DNA of 42,112 nucleotides from Burkholderiales bacterium (GCA_014379045.1 JACMMK010000321.1:1-42112), one strand, 5' to 3'. Shown: positions 8,417 through 17,913, counted from the stretch's first letter. Translations and numbers: made by a program. Notes: generated by a model from the letters alone, not told the origin.

Positions 8417-10074
8417 TTCATCTCCATCGTGTAGAACGCCGACAGCCGCTGCAGACTGGTATGCACATGCACCACCGCCGCGGTGTCGACGGCGAGCGCT
8501 TCGGCCACCACCGCGTCGACCCGCTCGGACGTGTCGAGCGTGAATGCCGCGGCACCGAACGACTGCGCCCAGCGCGCGAAGTCGGGGTTCGACAAGCGCG
8601 TCCCGGACACGCGACCCGGGAAGCGTTTTTCCTGATGCAGCCGAATCGTGCCATACGACCCATTGTCGGCAACGAAGATCTTCGGTGCCGCGCCGTATTG
8701 CCTCACCGTCGCGAGCTCGTTGCCGGTCATCATCAGACAGCCGTCGCCGATCAGTGCCACGACCTGACGTTTCGGGAAACGCAACGACCACGCGAGCGCG
8801 CCGGGCATGCCCATGCCCATCGCGCCGGCCTGCGTCCCCGACATCCGGCGCTCGCCGCGGAACAGAAAGTGTCGCTGCGTCCAGGTGTTGAAATTGCCGG
8901 CGTCGACCACCAGGACCGCGTCCTCGTTCATTCGCCGATCGAGTGCCTCGACCACATGGCCGAACGAGACCCCGTCGGGCGCGGGGGACGCGTCGAACCG
9001 CCGGATCTCGCGCTGGTAACGCTGCAGCGATTCGACCCAGTCCGCGCGCGTCGGCGGTACCGGCGGCGCGCATCCGGCGAGCGCCTCGAGGAAACCCACG
9101 GGATCGACGATGCATCGCATCTGCGGGCGATAGACCCGTGCCGCCTCCTCCTCGCTCGGATAGACATGCACCATCCATTGTCGCGGCACCGGCGCCTGCG
9201 GGAAGGTGAAACCCTGGGTCGGCACATCGCCCAGATCGGTGCCGACGGCAAGCAGCAGGTCGGCACTGGCGAGCACGTCGATCTGCGCGCGCGGAATCTT
9301 GAACCCGAGCTGGGCGGCGTACAGCCGATCGTCGTTCGGAAACACGTCCTGCTGACGGAACTCGGCTGCGACCGGCACACCGAAGCCGTGCACGACGCGC
9401 GCGAGCGCTGCGCGGCCGCGTTCGGTGTTGACGAGATTGCCGGCGATCAGCAGCGGGCGCTCGGCGCCCAGGAGTCGGCTTGCCACCGCACGCACCGTCT
9501 CGGGCTCGAGCGCGAACCCCGAACGGATGCTCGGCGCACCGTCGTTCGACGCGGCGACAGTCGCCTCGAACACGTCTTCCGGGATCGCGATCACCACTGG
9601 CCCGGGACGCCCCGACGTCGCGATGTCGAGCGCGCGCGCGACCGTATCGAGCAGGCGGTCGGGATCGTCCACCTGCACCACCCACTTGGCCAGGTCGCCG
9701 AAGGTCTTGCGATAGTCGACTTCCTGGAAGGCGTGGCGGCCCAACTCGCTGCGCGCCACCTGCCCGCAGATCATCACCAGCGGCGCCGCATCGTGCATCG
9801 CCGAGTGGATCGCGATCGAGCCATTGGTCGCGCCAGGGCCCCGGCTGACGAGAAACAAGCCTGGCCGGCGCGTCGCCTGGGCGTCGGCGAGCGCGGCGAA
9901 TCCCGCGCCGGACTCGTGCCGACACACGATGAGATCGATCGGCGAATCGAGCAGCGCATCGAGCAACGGAAGATAGCTTTCGCCGGGGACGCAGAATGCA
10001 CGGTCGATGCCGCGTGTAGCGAGCAGCTCGACCAGCGCGCGTGCCACCGGCACCGGCGGAATTTCTGCAGACAT
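8413..10074 (-). CDS. Thiamine pyrophosphate-dependent enzyme (acetolactate synthase-like family)
   Basis: N-terminal TPP-enzyme pyrimidine-binding pattern (VELLATRGIDRAFCVPGESYLPLLDAL...CRHESGAGFAA...SRGPGATN). C-terminal TPP-binding GDGCLMMTGNELAT. Confidence 0.9.
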   Translation of the reverse strand: MSAEIPPVPVARALVELLATRGIDRAFCVPGESYLPLLDALLDSPIDLIVCRHESGAGFAALADAQATRRPGLFLVSRGPGATNGSIAIHSAMHDAAPLVMICGQVARSELGRHAFQEVDYRKTFGDLAKWVVQVDDPDRLLDTVARALDIATSGRPGPVVIAIPEDVFEATVAASNDGAPSIRSGFALEPETVRAVASRLLGAERPLLIAGNLVNTERGRAALARVVHGFGVPVAAEFRQQDVFPNDDRLYAAQLGFKIPRAQIDVLASADLLLAVGTDLGDVPTQGFTFPQAPVPRQWMVHVYPSEEEAARVYRPQMRCIVDPVGFLEALAGCAPPVPPTRADWVESLQRYQREIRRFDASPAPDGVSFGHVVEALDRRMNEDAVLVVDAGNFNTWTQRHFLFRGERRMSGTQAGAMGMGMPGALAWSLRFPKRQVVALIGDGCLMMTGNELATVRQYGAAPKIFVADNGSYGTIRLHQEKRFPGRVSGTRLSNPDFARWAQSFGAAAFTLDTSERVDAVVAEALAVDTAAVVHVHTSLQRLSAFYTMEMK

Positions 10075-10319
10075 CGATCCACTCCCGTGCAGGGACCGGG
10101 TGAACGCAGCACCTTCGATGCGCGACGTCTACCCGGACCAGAGCCGAAAGTCTACGATGGGGGCGCGGTCCGTGCTCATCAGGGCGCGCTCCGGGGCGGC
10201 GCGGGGTGTATTGCGCGCACGCGAGGGGTCTGCGCCCGAACCCTCGTATCGCGTTACCCTGCCGGCGTGACCGCAGACCAGCGCTGCGACCCGACCCTTT
10301 ACGTGACTGACGACCCTCC

Positions 10320-11627
10320 ATGCCGCCCTACGACAACGAACTCGGCGCCCTGGCCACACACCTCGCGAGCCGCCGCAAGGCGATCCTCAGCGCGTGGCGC
10401 GCGGCGGTGACCTCGGACCCTACGCTGACCACCGGTGCGTCACTGCCGCGTGCGCAGTTGCACGACCATATTCCGGCCCTGTTGATCGATCTCGAACGCA
10501 GACTCGCAACAACTGAAGCAGCGGGCTCCGGCGAAGTTCAGCAAATGCAGCGCGGCGACGCCGCCGCGCATGGCTTGCATCGCTGGCAGCAGGGGTTCGA
10601 CCTGGCCGAAGTCACCCGCGAAATGGGACGGCTCAACGAGTGCGTGGTGGCTGAACTCGACCAATACGATCAGGACAACGCACGGCTGGACCGCGGCGTC
10701 ATGGCCTGCGCACGAAGGTTGTGGGCGCAGCAGTACGGCACTGCGATCAGTGCCAGCACGTCGCAATACTTCCGTCTGCAACAGCTCGAGGCCAATGGTC
10801 ACATCGCCGAGATGGAACGTGCTCTCGGCACGCTGCGTGAGCTGGAGCAACAACGCGCCCAGCTTTGGCAGCAGGCAGCCCACGATCTGCGCGGCAATCT
10901 GGGCGTCGTCGCCAATGCGACCGCCGGCCTGTTCTCGTCAAGCGCTTCGGACGGGGTACGGGGAAGGTTTCTGCGCCTGCTCGATCGCAACGTCGATGCA
11001 CTCCATGATCTGCTGGACGACGTGACGAGCCTCGCGCGCCTGCAGGGCGGTCTCGAACAGCGCACGGTGGAGCCGATCGACATCACGCCGTTGCTGCGCG
11101 ATCTTTGCGAAGGATTGCGAGTCCAGGCACAGCAGCGACGATTGACGTTCGAATTCAGCGGCCCGCCGGCGTTGCTGGTGCAAGGCGATGCCGTGAAGAT
11201 CCGACGCATCACGCAGAATCTCGTGCTGAACGCGGTCAGATATACCGAACACGGCAGCGTCAGCGTGAGCTGGGGCGATAGCGACGCCGACGATCCGGAG
11301 CGCTGGCAGCTGCAGATTGTCGACACCGGACCCGGGCTGGGCGCCGGCGCGAACTCGGAGATCGCCGGGGCGCTCGAAGCCGCGACCGATCAGGCGCGCC
11401 AGGTCACCGCCGACAGCGATGCGGGCGCAGTCAGCCCGGTCGAAAGCGAGATCGAGATCGCGCGGTCGCCGCGCCCGGCGCAACCCTCACTGAAAGCCGG
11501 CGAAGGCATCGGGCTATCGATCGTCAAGCGTCTGTGCGATCTGCTCGATGCCACCGTCGAGCTTCGGTCCGAGCAGGGTGTGGGAACGTCGTTCCGCATT
11601 CTGCTGCCGCGTCGCTACGGCGGGTGA
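10320..11627 (+). CDS. Soluble sensor histidine kinase (RsbRD-N-like N-terminus, HisKA + HATPase_c)
   Basis: H-box AAHDLRGNLGVV, N-box QNLVLNAVRYT, G1 VDTGPGL and G2 GEGIGLSIVKRL. No TM segments and no adjacent response regulator. Confidence 0.85.
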   Translation: MPPYDNELGALATHLASRRKAILSAWRAAVTSDPTLTTGASLPRAQLHDHIPALLIDLERRLATTEAAGSGEVQQMQRGDAAAHGLHRWQQGFDLAEVTREMGRLNECVVAELDQYDQDNARLDRGVMACARRLWAQQYGTAISASTSQYFRLQQLEANGHIAEMERALGTLRELEQQRAQLWQQAAHDLRGNLGVVANATAGLFSSSASDGVRGRFLRLLDRNVDALHDLLDDVTSLARLQGGLEQRTVEPIDITPLLRDLCEGLRVQAQQRRLTFEFSGPPALLVQGDAVKIRRITQNLVLNAVRYTEHGSVSVSWGDSDADDPERWQLQIVDTGPGLGAGANSEIAGALEAATDQARQVTADSDAGAVSPVESEIEIARSPRPAQPSLKAGEGIGLSIVKRLCDLLDATVELRSEQGVGTSFRILLPRRYGG

Positions 11628-11711
11628 CACGAACCCAGGCGCGACTTCACCGGCACTGGGCGTTGTCGTTGCGTGGGTCCCACCACCACCCAACCCTGAA
11701 GGGCTATTTCG

Positions 11712-12533
11712 ATGAGCCACGTCAAGACGAGCGACCACACCGAACTTTATGTGAAGGACTGGGGCAGCGGCAGCGCAGTGATCTTTCTCCACGGGTGGCC
11801 GCTGTCGGCGGACACCTGGGACGATCAAGCCATGGCGGTGGCGGCAGCGGGCCATCGCGCGATCGCCTACGATCGTCGCGGTTTCGGACGTTCGTCGCAG
11901 CCCTGGAGCGGCTACGATTACGACACGCTCGCCGATGACCTCGCCGCCGTGATCGAGCAGACCGGCGCGCAGGACGTCACGCTGGTCGGCTTCTCGATGG
12001 GCGGCGGCGAGGTCGCACGCTACATGTCTCGCCACGAAGGCAAGTCAGTACGCAAGGCAGTGCTCGTCGCCTCGGTCGTCCCGTACATGCTGAAAACGGG
12101 AGACAACCCCGACGGGGTCGACGCGAGCGTGTTCGACGGCATGACCAGCGCAATGAAGGCGGACCGCGCCAAGTTCTTCGCGGGCTTCGTCAAGGATTTC
12201 TTCGGCGTATCCCTGATTTCACACCCGGTCAGCGACGCGGTTCTCGACTGGGCCTGGGGTCTGGCGATGCAGGCGAGTCTTAAAGCGACGCTCGAATGCG
12301 CGAAGTCGTTCGCGACCACCGATTTCCGTCCCGATCTTCCGGCGTTCCGGGTGCCGACGGTGGTGATCCACGGCACCGACGACAAGACCGTGCCGATCGA
12401 CGCTGCCGGGCGTGCGGCGGCGCGCGGTATCGCCGGCTCGACGCTGATCGAGTACGACGGTGCGCCGCACGGACTGTTCGCGACCGAAAAGGACCGGTTG
12501 ACCAAGGACCTGCTAGAGTTCCTGCGCGGATAA
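11712..12533 (+). CDS. Alpha/beta hydrolase, non-heme (cofactor-free) chloroperoxidase / aryl esterase family
   Basis: Collinear with the Pseudomonas fluorescens esterase/CPO-F pattern: YVKDWGSG..FLHGWPL, YDRRGFGRSSQPW, nucleophile elbow GFSMGGG, ETDFRPDL, VIHGTDD, APHG. Confidence 0.9.
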   Translation: MSHVKTSDHTELYVKDWGSGSAVIFLHGWPLSADTWDDQAMAVAAAGHRAIAYDRRGFGRSSQPWSGYDYDTLADDLAAVIEQTGAQDVTLVGFSMGGGEVARYMSRHEGKSVRKAVLVASVVPYMLKTGDNPDGVDASVFDGMTSAMKADRAKFFAGFVKDFFGVSLISHPVSDAVLDWAWGLAMQASLKATLECAKSFATTDFRPDLPAFRVPTVVIHGTDDKTVPIDAAGRAAARGIAGSTLIEYDGAPHGLFATEKDRLTKDLLEFLRG

Positions 12534-12728
12534 CTTCGAACCGGCTCGAGAGGGACGGCACCCGCAGGCGTCGTTCCGCTACCGACAGTTCGGGCTCGAA
12601 TCAGCACCGGCGATGGGGCTGGATTGTTCGGCCTTCTTCGTGCCCTTCCAGTTGAATCGCGCGCGACGACCTGAATGCTCCCGCTTTGGTATCGTCACAT
12701 TCGACCGCCACCAGTGGAAGGATAGGGA

Positions 12729-13484
12729 ATGTCCGTCGACTCCGCCGTCGAAGAAGCCCGCTTCGACCTCGTATGCGCGCTGCGCTGGGCCGCACGCTAT
12801 GCGCTGCACGAGGGTGTCTGCAACCACTTCAGCGTCGCCGTGCCAGGATACGACGACCGATTTCTGATCAATCCCCAGGGGCTGCACTGGCTCGAAGTGA
12901 TGCCCGATGACGTCGTGACGGTCGACGTCGACGGTCACGTGATCGAGGGTCGCCACCGGGTCGAGCCGACCGCGTTCTACATCCACTCGCGCATCCATCG
13001 CGCCAGACCCTCGGCGCGGTGTGTGCTGCACACGCATATGCCGTACGCCACCACGCTGACCGGCATCGTGCCAGGGCGGCTCGAATGGGTCAGCCAGCAG
13101 AGTACGAAGTTCCATGGACGTGTCGCCTACGAAGACGCCTACAACGGACTCGCCACCGAGGTCGCCGAAGGCGATCGCATGGCTGCGGCGTTCCAGGAAG
13201 CGGACATCCTGTTTCTTGCCAATCATGGTGTGATCGTCTGCGGTGAGTCGGTTGCGACGGCCTTCGATGACCTCTACTACCTCGAACGCGCGTGCATGCT
13301 CCAGGTGCTGGGACGCGGCACGGGCCAGATGCCGCGCACGATACCGCGCGAGATCGTCGAACTGACGGCCGCGCAGATGCGACAGGATTCGTCTCAGGCG
13401 CTGCTGCACTTCGCTTCGCTGCGCCGCCTGCTCGATCGGGACGAGCCCGGGTGGCGGTCAACGGGCAATGCACGTCCGCGTTAG
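12729..13484 (+). CDS. Class II aldolase/adducin-family protein
   Basis: NHFSVAV..., CVLHTHMPYATTL and ANHGVIVCGESVATAF are the metal-binding His cluster and fold signature of class II aldolase/adducin N-terminal domains. Confidence 0.85.
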   Translation: MSVDSAVEEARFDLVCALRWAARYALHEGVCNHFSVAVPGYDDRFLINPQGLHWLEVMPDDVVTVDVDGHVIEGRHRVEPTAFYIHSRIHRARPSARCVLHTHMPYATTLTGIVPGRLEWVSQQSTKFHGRVAYEDAYNGLATEVAEGDRMAAAFQEADILFLANHGVIVCGESVATAFDDLYYLERACMLQVLGRGTGQMPRTIPREIVELTAAQMRQDSSQALLHFASLRRLLDRDEPGWRSTGNARPR

Positions 13485-13563
13485 TTGAGTTCTCGTGTCC
13501 TTGCATCCGGGCACGTCGATTGCGGCCTACCGGTCGTAACGCATCTCTCGAAGGAGAACTCAC

Positions 13564-13782
13564 ATGACCAGATCAACAAGAACCCTGTCGCTCGCTATCG
13601 CCGCCTCGATGTCCTTGATGGTGGGTTGCTCGAGCCTGACGTCCGAACAGAAAGGCGCCGCGGTCGGCGCCGCCGCTGGTGGCGTGTTGGGCAATGTGCT
13701 GACTAATGGAAGCACGCTGGGTACGGTAGGCGGGGCTGCAGTCGGCGGTGTCGTTGGACACGAAGTGCAGCGCCGGAAGTGA
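13564..13782 (+). CDS. Small glycine-zipper lipoprotein (OsmB/YMGG-like)
   Basis: AAGGAG RBS, lipobox LMVGC and G/A-rich zipper GAAVGAAAGGVLGNVL...GGAAVGGVVG. Confidence 0.75.
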   Translation: MTRSTRTLSLAIAASMSLMVGCSSLTSEQKGAAVGAAAGGVLGNVLTNGSTLGTVGGAAVGGVVGHEVQRRK

Positions 13783-13793
13783 TGCTACGCGTT

Positions 13794-13818
13794 CAACCGG
13801 CCGTCATTCGGTCGGTTG
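13794..13818. terminator. 10-bp stem hairpin between convergent genes (possible bidirectional terminator)
   Basis: caaccggccg-tcatt-cggtcggttg with one G-U pair. No U-tract on either strand. Confidence 0.35.
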
Positions 13819-13885
13819 GGCCCGCCGCACGTGCGTGAAACAAAGGTTGAGGCAGGGGCGAGCGGGCGCGCGAGCGCACTCGGTC

Positions 13886-14083
13886 TCAGTCGCCCGTCTG
13901 ATAAACGTAAGGTTTTTGACGCACCTCGCTCCGCGATGAAGGGGTGACGTCGCCCGTTTCGGGTTTCCTGTCCCACCAGCGCGCGCGTGCCTTGCGCTGT
14001 TCCTCGACAATGTGTGGATGTTTGTCAAGCAGTTCGCGGACGAACCGCGTCGCATCGGAGACGTATCCCGGTTGAATCGACAT
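13886..14083 (-). CDS. DUF3460-like small protein
   Basis: YVSDATRFVRELLDKHPHIVEEQRKARARWWDR...KPYVYQ resembles, from memory, the conserved beta-proteobacterial DUF3460 pattern. Confidence 0.6.
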   Translation of the reverse strand: MSIQPGYVSDATRFVRELLDKHPHIVEEQRKARARWWDRKPETGDVTPSSRSEVRQKPYVYQTGD

Positions 14084-14146
14084 GCGAAGGCCTGTTGTGG
14101 GGGAGGAAGCGTCGAGTATCCACGCATCGGCGCCTCTGTGGGCTTC

Positions 14147-14917
14147 TCACGGCGCAACCCATTTTATTTCGCGCGCCGTCTTCGGGCCGATCGCCATTTG
14201 GGCGAGGCTGTCGGGCTGCTCCGCGCGCACGGGGCTGAGCGGGATGCGGCCCGCCATGATTTCACCGATTCGCTGCGGCAGGCGAGGAACGAGGTCGGGC
14301 TCGGCATACCCGTCAGGGAACAGCGGCTGATTGGTCGCGAGGTCGTATTTGTCGGTCGCGCCAAGGGTGTGGAGCAATTCGTGCGCGATGACTACGTTGT
14401 TCGCTCCGCTCATCGCCGGATTGGCGAACACGTTGACGATGCCGATCAGCCCGCTTTCCAACCCGGTCGAGTGCGCAAGACGCGGCGTCAGCCGATCGTC
14501 GTGATGTAGCAGGAACAGACGCACGTTCGCCCGCGCACCCTGATAAGTGTCGTTTCGCCATGCCCAGAGGCGCAGCCGCAGACTCCACCAGATCACCTCG
14601 GGCGCACTCGCGTTCGACGGTATCGGTGGCGGGAGTGCAACGATTCCGGGGGCCAGTCTCAGCTCGATCGGATCGTTCAGTGAAACGCCGTGGCCTCGCG
14701 CCTGCGCCTGCATGAACTCGGTGATCGGCCGGAAGCGATCCAGGTCCCCGCTAGCGATATAGCGCGCCGCCGTCTCGCTCGCGTCCGCATTGATCGGATA
14801 GAGGACGACGATGACTGGATTCTTCCAGTCGGTCGCATCTCGCTTCGCGAGCCAGGTTGCCTGCGCGACGGTGGCAAGAATGAACAGCAGAATCACTATC
14901 CGCAGCGTTTTCCACAT
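14147..14917 (-). CDS. Membrane-anchored hypothetical protein with HExxH zinc-metallopeptidase-like motif
   Basis: N-terminal anchor MWKTLRIVILLFILATVAQATW, motif VVIAHELLHTLGATDKYD and a GGGGAG RBS. No family recognised. Confidence 0.7.
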   Translation of the reverse strand: MWKTLRIVILLFILATVAQATWLAKRDATDWKNPVIVVLYPINADASETAARYIASGDLDRFRPITEFMQAQARGHGVSLNDPIELRLAPGIVALPPPIPSNASAPEVIWWSLRLRLWAWRNDTYQGARANVRLFLLHHDDRLTPRLAHSTGLESGLIGIVNVFANPAMSGANNVVIAHELLHTLGATDKYDLATNQPLFPDGYAEPDLVPRLPQRIGEIMAGRIPLSPVRAEQPDSLAQMAIGPKTAREIKWVAP

Positions 14918-15060
14918 CGTGTGCTCCCCTGATGCGTCGACGCGCGCGTGGCACGCCGCCGCTGCGTTCGCCCGACGTCATACACTATGCGGATGTTCGG
15001 GCGCCGACTTGAACGTTATCGGGGCATTGATCGTGGTATTTCCGGTACGAGGAGAACTGC

Positions 15061-16038
15061 ATGTCCACGTCTGATGCAGCGACGATCGGGCCGTCTGCGC
15101 CCCCCGCGCGCGCGTCCACGCGCTTTCGCCAGCTCCTCGCCGGCGGGCGCACCGTATTCGTCCCGGGCTGCTTCAACGCGGTCAGCGCGCGGGTGATCGA
15201 AGTCACCGGGTTCCCTGCGGCATACATGACCGGCTATGGCACATCCGTCGCGCAACTGGGCATGCCCGACGTGGGCTTCGCGACGATGTCGGAGATGCAC
15301 ACCAATGCACGCTGGGTCGCCAATGCGGTTTCGATCCCGGTGATCGCCGACGCCGACAACGGCTACGGCAATGCGATCAATGTGACGCGTACCGTGCGTG
15401 AGTACATCCAGACCGGTGTCGCCGGCATCCATCTCGAGGATCAGTCGCTGCCCAAGCGTTGCGGTCATGTCGCCGGGCGCGAGGTGATTCCGCTCGCCGA
15501 AGCGGTGGGAAAGATTCGCGCAGCCGATGCGGTCCGGCGTGCGACCGACCCCGACTTCGTGCTGATCGCGCGCACCGATGCGCGCGGCGCGGTCGGTGGG
15601 TCGCTCGACGAGGCGATCGCCCGCGTCAACGCCTATCTCGACGCGGGGGCCGACCTCGGTTTCGTCGAAGGTCCGACCTCGGTCGCCGAGGTCGAACGGA
15701 TCTGCCGCGAGACCCGGGGGCCGGTGTTCTACAACATGACCGGCGTGTCACCGCGCTTCACGCTCGACGAGATGAACGCGCTCGGCATCGCGGTCACGAT
15801 CACCGCGAACACGATGTTGCGCGCGGCGCTGACCGCGATGTACGACGTCGCGATCGCGTTGCGTGACGACGGGCCGATGGCCGAGGCCGCGCTGATGGCG
15901 CGGATCGCGACGCATCCGGTCGGCGACCTCCACCGGTTCTCGGGTCTCGATGCAGTCCGTCGACTGGAGGAAGCCTACCTTCCCGCCGAGGAGCTGGCGA
16001 AATACGAGGGGACGATCGGCTACCGACCGCTGCCCTGA
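15061..16038 (+). CDS. Isocitrate lyase/PEP mutase-family enzyme (methylisocitrate lyase / carboxyvinyl-carboxyphosphonate phosphorylmutase-like)
   Basis: VPGCFNAVSARV, ADADNGYGN, AGIHLEDQ..PKRCGH and ARTDA are the characteristic ICL/PEPM family motifs. AGGAGA RBS. Confidence 0.9.
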   Translation: MSTSDAATIGPSAPPARASTRFRQLLAGGRTVFVPGCFNAVSARVIEVTGFPAAYMTGYGTSVAQLGMPDVGFATMSEMHTNARWVANAVSIPVIADADNGYGNAINVTRTVREYIQTGVAGIHLEDQSLPKRCGHVAGREVIPLAEAVGKIRAADAVRRATDPDFVLIARTDARGAVGGSLDEAIARVNAYLDAGADLGFVEGPTSVAEVERICRETRGPVFYNMTGVSPRFTLDEMNALGIAVTITANTMLRAALTAMYDVAIALRDDGPMAEAALMARIATHPVGDLHRFSGLDAVRRLEEAYLPAEELAKYEGTIGYRPLP

Positions 16039-16203
16039 GCGCGTCGGACGCGGCGTCGATACGTCGGCGAAACAAATCGCCTACAAACCCTTACATCTCG
16101 AAGTGTGCTTCGCGCGTTTCCGGTCGTTATTCTCCCTGCAACAGAGCATCGACCGAAACCTGTTCTTACGCGAATCACACTCAACCCCTCGATGGAGAAT
16201 GCC

Positions 16204-16608
16204 ATGCATCCTTTCAAGCAAGCCCTGCTCGCCGTGGCGACCGCGTTGACGATGCCGCTCGCCTGGGCGCAAAGCACCGATGTGACCTCGACGCGTACGC
16301 AGGCGAGCACCGAACAACGCGAAGACCGGCGCGAAATACGTGAGGACAGACGTGAAGTCCGCGACGGCAAAGGCGAAGTCCGCCAGGACCGTCGCGACAT
16401 CTACCAGGATAGCCGCGATCTCTACCAGGCGCGCCGCGAAGGCGACAAGGCAGGCGTTCAGGCGGAGCGCAGAGAGATCCATGACGGCAAGACCGAGCTG
16501 CGCGAAGACCGGCGCAACGTGCGCGACGACAAGCGCGATCTGTTTCAGTCGCGTCGGGAGTATCGCAGCGAGTATGGCAAACCCGGCCCGCGGGCGCGCG
16601 CGAACTGA
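16204..16608 (+). CDS. Secreted, highly charged heptad-repeat protein (hypothetical)
   Basis: GGAGA RBS 7 nt before ATG 16204. Signal peptide MHPFKQALLAVATALTMPLAWA|QS. The mature part is about 12 consecutive R/E/D-rich heptads. Confidence 0.65.
   Translation: MHPFKQALLAVATALTMPLAWAQSTDVTSTRTQASTEQREDRREIREDRREVRDGKGEVRQDRRDIYQDSRDLYQARREGDKAGVQAERREIHDGKTELREDRRNVRDDKRDLFQSRREYRSEYGKPGPRARAN
16318..16569 (+). repeat. 21-bp (heptad) periodic coding repeat, 12 units
   Basis: The units are REDRREI/REDRREV/RDGKGEV/RQDRRDI/YQDSRDL/YQARREG/DKAGVQA/ERREIHD/GKTELRE/DRRNVRD/DKRDLFQ/SRREYRS. There is one hydrophobic residue per 7: position 7 in units 1-5 and position 5 in units 7-12. Unit 6 (YQARREG) has none and marks the register shift. 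Confidence 0.6.
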
Positions 16609-16625
16609 GCCGTAGGGCACCGCAA

Positions 16626-16659
16626 GCAGGCCGAGCGCTCACGAGTTCGCTCTGCCTGC
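16626..16659. terminator. 12-bp stem hairpin between convergent genes (possible bidirectional terminator)
   Basis: gcaggccgagcg-ctcacgagtt-cgctctgcctgc with one G-U pair. Lies between the stop at 16608 (+) and the stop at 16678 (-). Confidence 0.4.
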
Positions 16660-16677
16660 GTCTCGGACATACATGAC

Positions 16678-17913
16678 TCAGCGTTCTTCCGGCGGCTTCA
16701 CCGAACGGAACATTCGCAGCAGCAGCAGGTCGTAGCCGATCTTTATCGTCCCCGCGATCACCAGCGGCCAGCCGAAGCTCGACACGCTCAGCAGCCAGCC
16801 TGCGGCGAATGGACTGATACCGGCGGCCAGGCTGCGCGGTACCGCGGTGAAGCTCGCCGCCGCCGCGCGCTCGTGTGCAGGCACGACCGCCATCACGAAT
16901 GAAGTACGGGCAGGAATATCCATGCTCGACATCGCGTAGCGCAGCAGCAGCATCGTCACCGCCAGTTCGAGCGTCGGCATGAGCGGCGCCAGGATCAGGA
17001 ACACGTTCGCCGGCAGATGCGTGAATACCATCGTGTTGATCAGGCCGATGCGGCGCGCAACCCACGACGACAGCAGATAAGAGCCGGCCGCGAACAACCC
17101 GGCCCAGAAAAAGATCTGCCCGGCGGTGGCGATCGAGAGGTCGAAGCGCTGGAACAGCCAGAGCGCCACCAGCGACTGTACGGCGAAGCCACCGCCGAAA
17201 GCATCGAGGCTGAACACCGCCGCCAGACGCATGACGATCGGACGCGATTCGACCAGCGGCGCATTGGGCGCGTGGCCGGGAGGTTCGACCGAGCCCGTCA
17301 AGGTGCGATAGACGAAAAACGTCAGCACGCCGAACACGCCGTATATCGCGAACATCGCCTGCAGGGCGGTGATCAGTCCGACCTGCGTTTGCGCATCGAT
17401 CCATTCCGGCACGGCGGCGAACAGCGACCCGGCCGCCCCCGCGAGCGAACCGAGGAGGCTGTAGCGCGCGAATACCGCGGTGCGATCGCGCGCTGCGACC
17501 GTCTGCGTGACCATCGCCTGTTCCAGCGGCGAAAACACCGTGACATCTCCGGTCGTGGGGTTGAGCGTACCGACGAGTGCGATGACGAACAGCGGCCAGA
17601 ACGCCCCTGTCAGCGAGAACGCGAACCCGCTTACGGTCATCAACACCGCCGCGCCGAGCACGAGCTGGCGCTGTGAAAACCGGTGCGCGAACAATCCGAG
17701 GCCGAATACCATCGCCCCGGAACCGAGCAGCGTGGCCGTAGCAATTGCGCCCACCGCGACCGGTGAGAATCCAAGCGCGAGCAGGTAGACCGGCAGCAAT
17801 AAACTCACATAGCCATCACCGAAGGCGCGCACTGTACGCATCGCCAGCAGCTTCGGCAGGTCGGTCCCGGTGTCAGGCGGGACGAACCACCAGCGGGCCT
17901 CGCGCCCCATCAT
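16678..17913 (-). CDS. MFS transporter
   Basis: 411 aa with about 12 hydrophobic helices. Confidence 0.85.
   Translation of the reverse strand: MMGREARWWFVPPDTGTDLPKLLAMRTVRAFGDGYVSLLLPVYLLALGFSPVAVGAIATATLLGSGAMVFGLGLFAHRFSQRQLVLGAAVLMTVSGFAFSLTGAFWPLFVIALVGTLNPTTGDVTVFSPLEQAMVTQTVAARDRTAVFARYSLLGSLAGAAGSLFAAVPEWIDAQTQVGLITALQAMFAIYGVFGVLTFFVYRTLTGSVEPPGHAPNAPLVESRPIVMRLAAVFSLDAFGGGFAVQSLVALWLFQRFDLSIATAGQIFFWAGLFAAGSYLLSSWVARRIGLINTMVFTHLPANVFLILAPLMPTLELAVTMLLLRYAMSSMDIPARTSFVMAVVPAHERAAAASFTAVPRSLAAGISPFAAGWLLSVSSFGWPLVIAGTIKIGYDLLLLRMFRSVKPPEER

Noticed and set aside
7430-10321. 963-aa minus-strand ORF in the track
   Set aside because: Only the C-terminal 328 aa (from ATG 8416) is a Bug/TctC protein. 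The upstream 630 aa is Arg/Gly/Ala/Pro-rich low-complexity read-through in a different frame from the clearly homologous TPP enzyme gene (8413-10074).
8461-10410. 649-aa plus-strand ORF
   Set aside because: It is antisense to the TPP enzyme gene and has no recognisable domain.
16318-16569. Possible CRISPR/VNTR because of regular 21-bp periodicity
   Set aside because: The units are not identical and have no spacer structure. They lie in frame within a signal-peptide-bearing ORF, so this is a coding heptad repeat.
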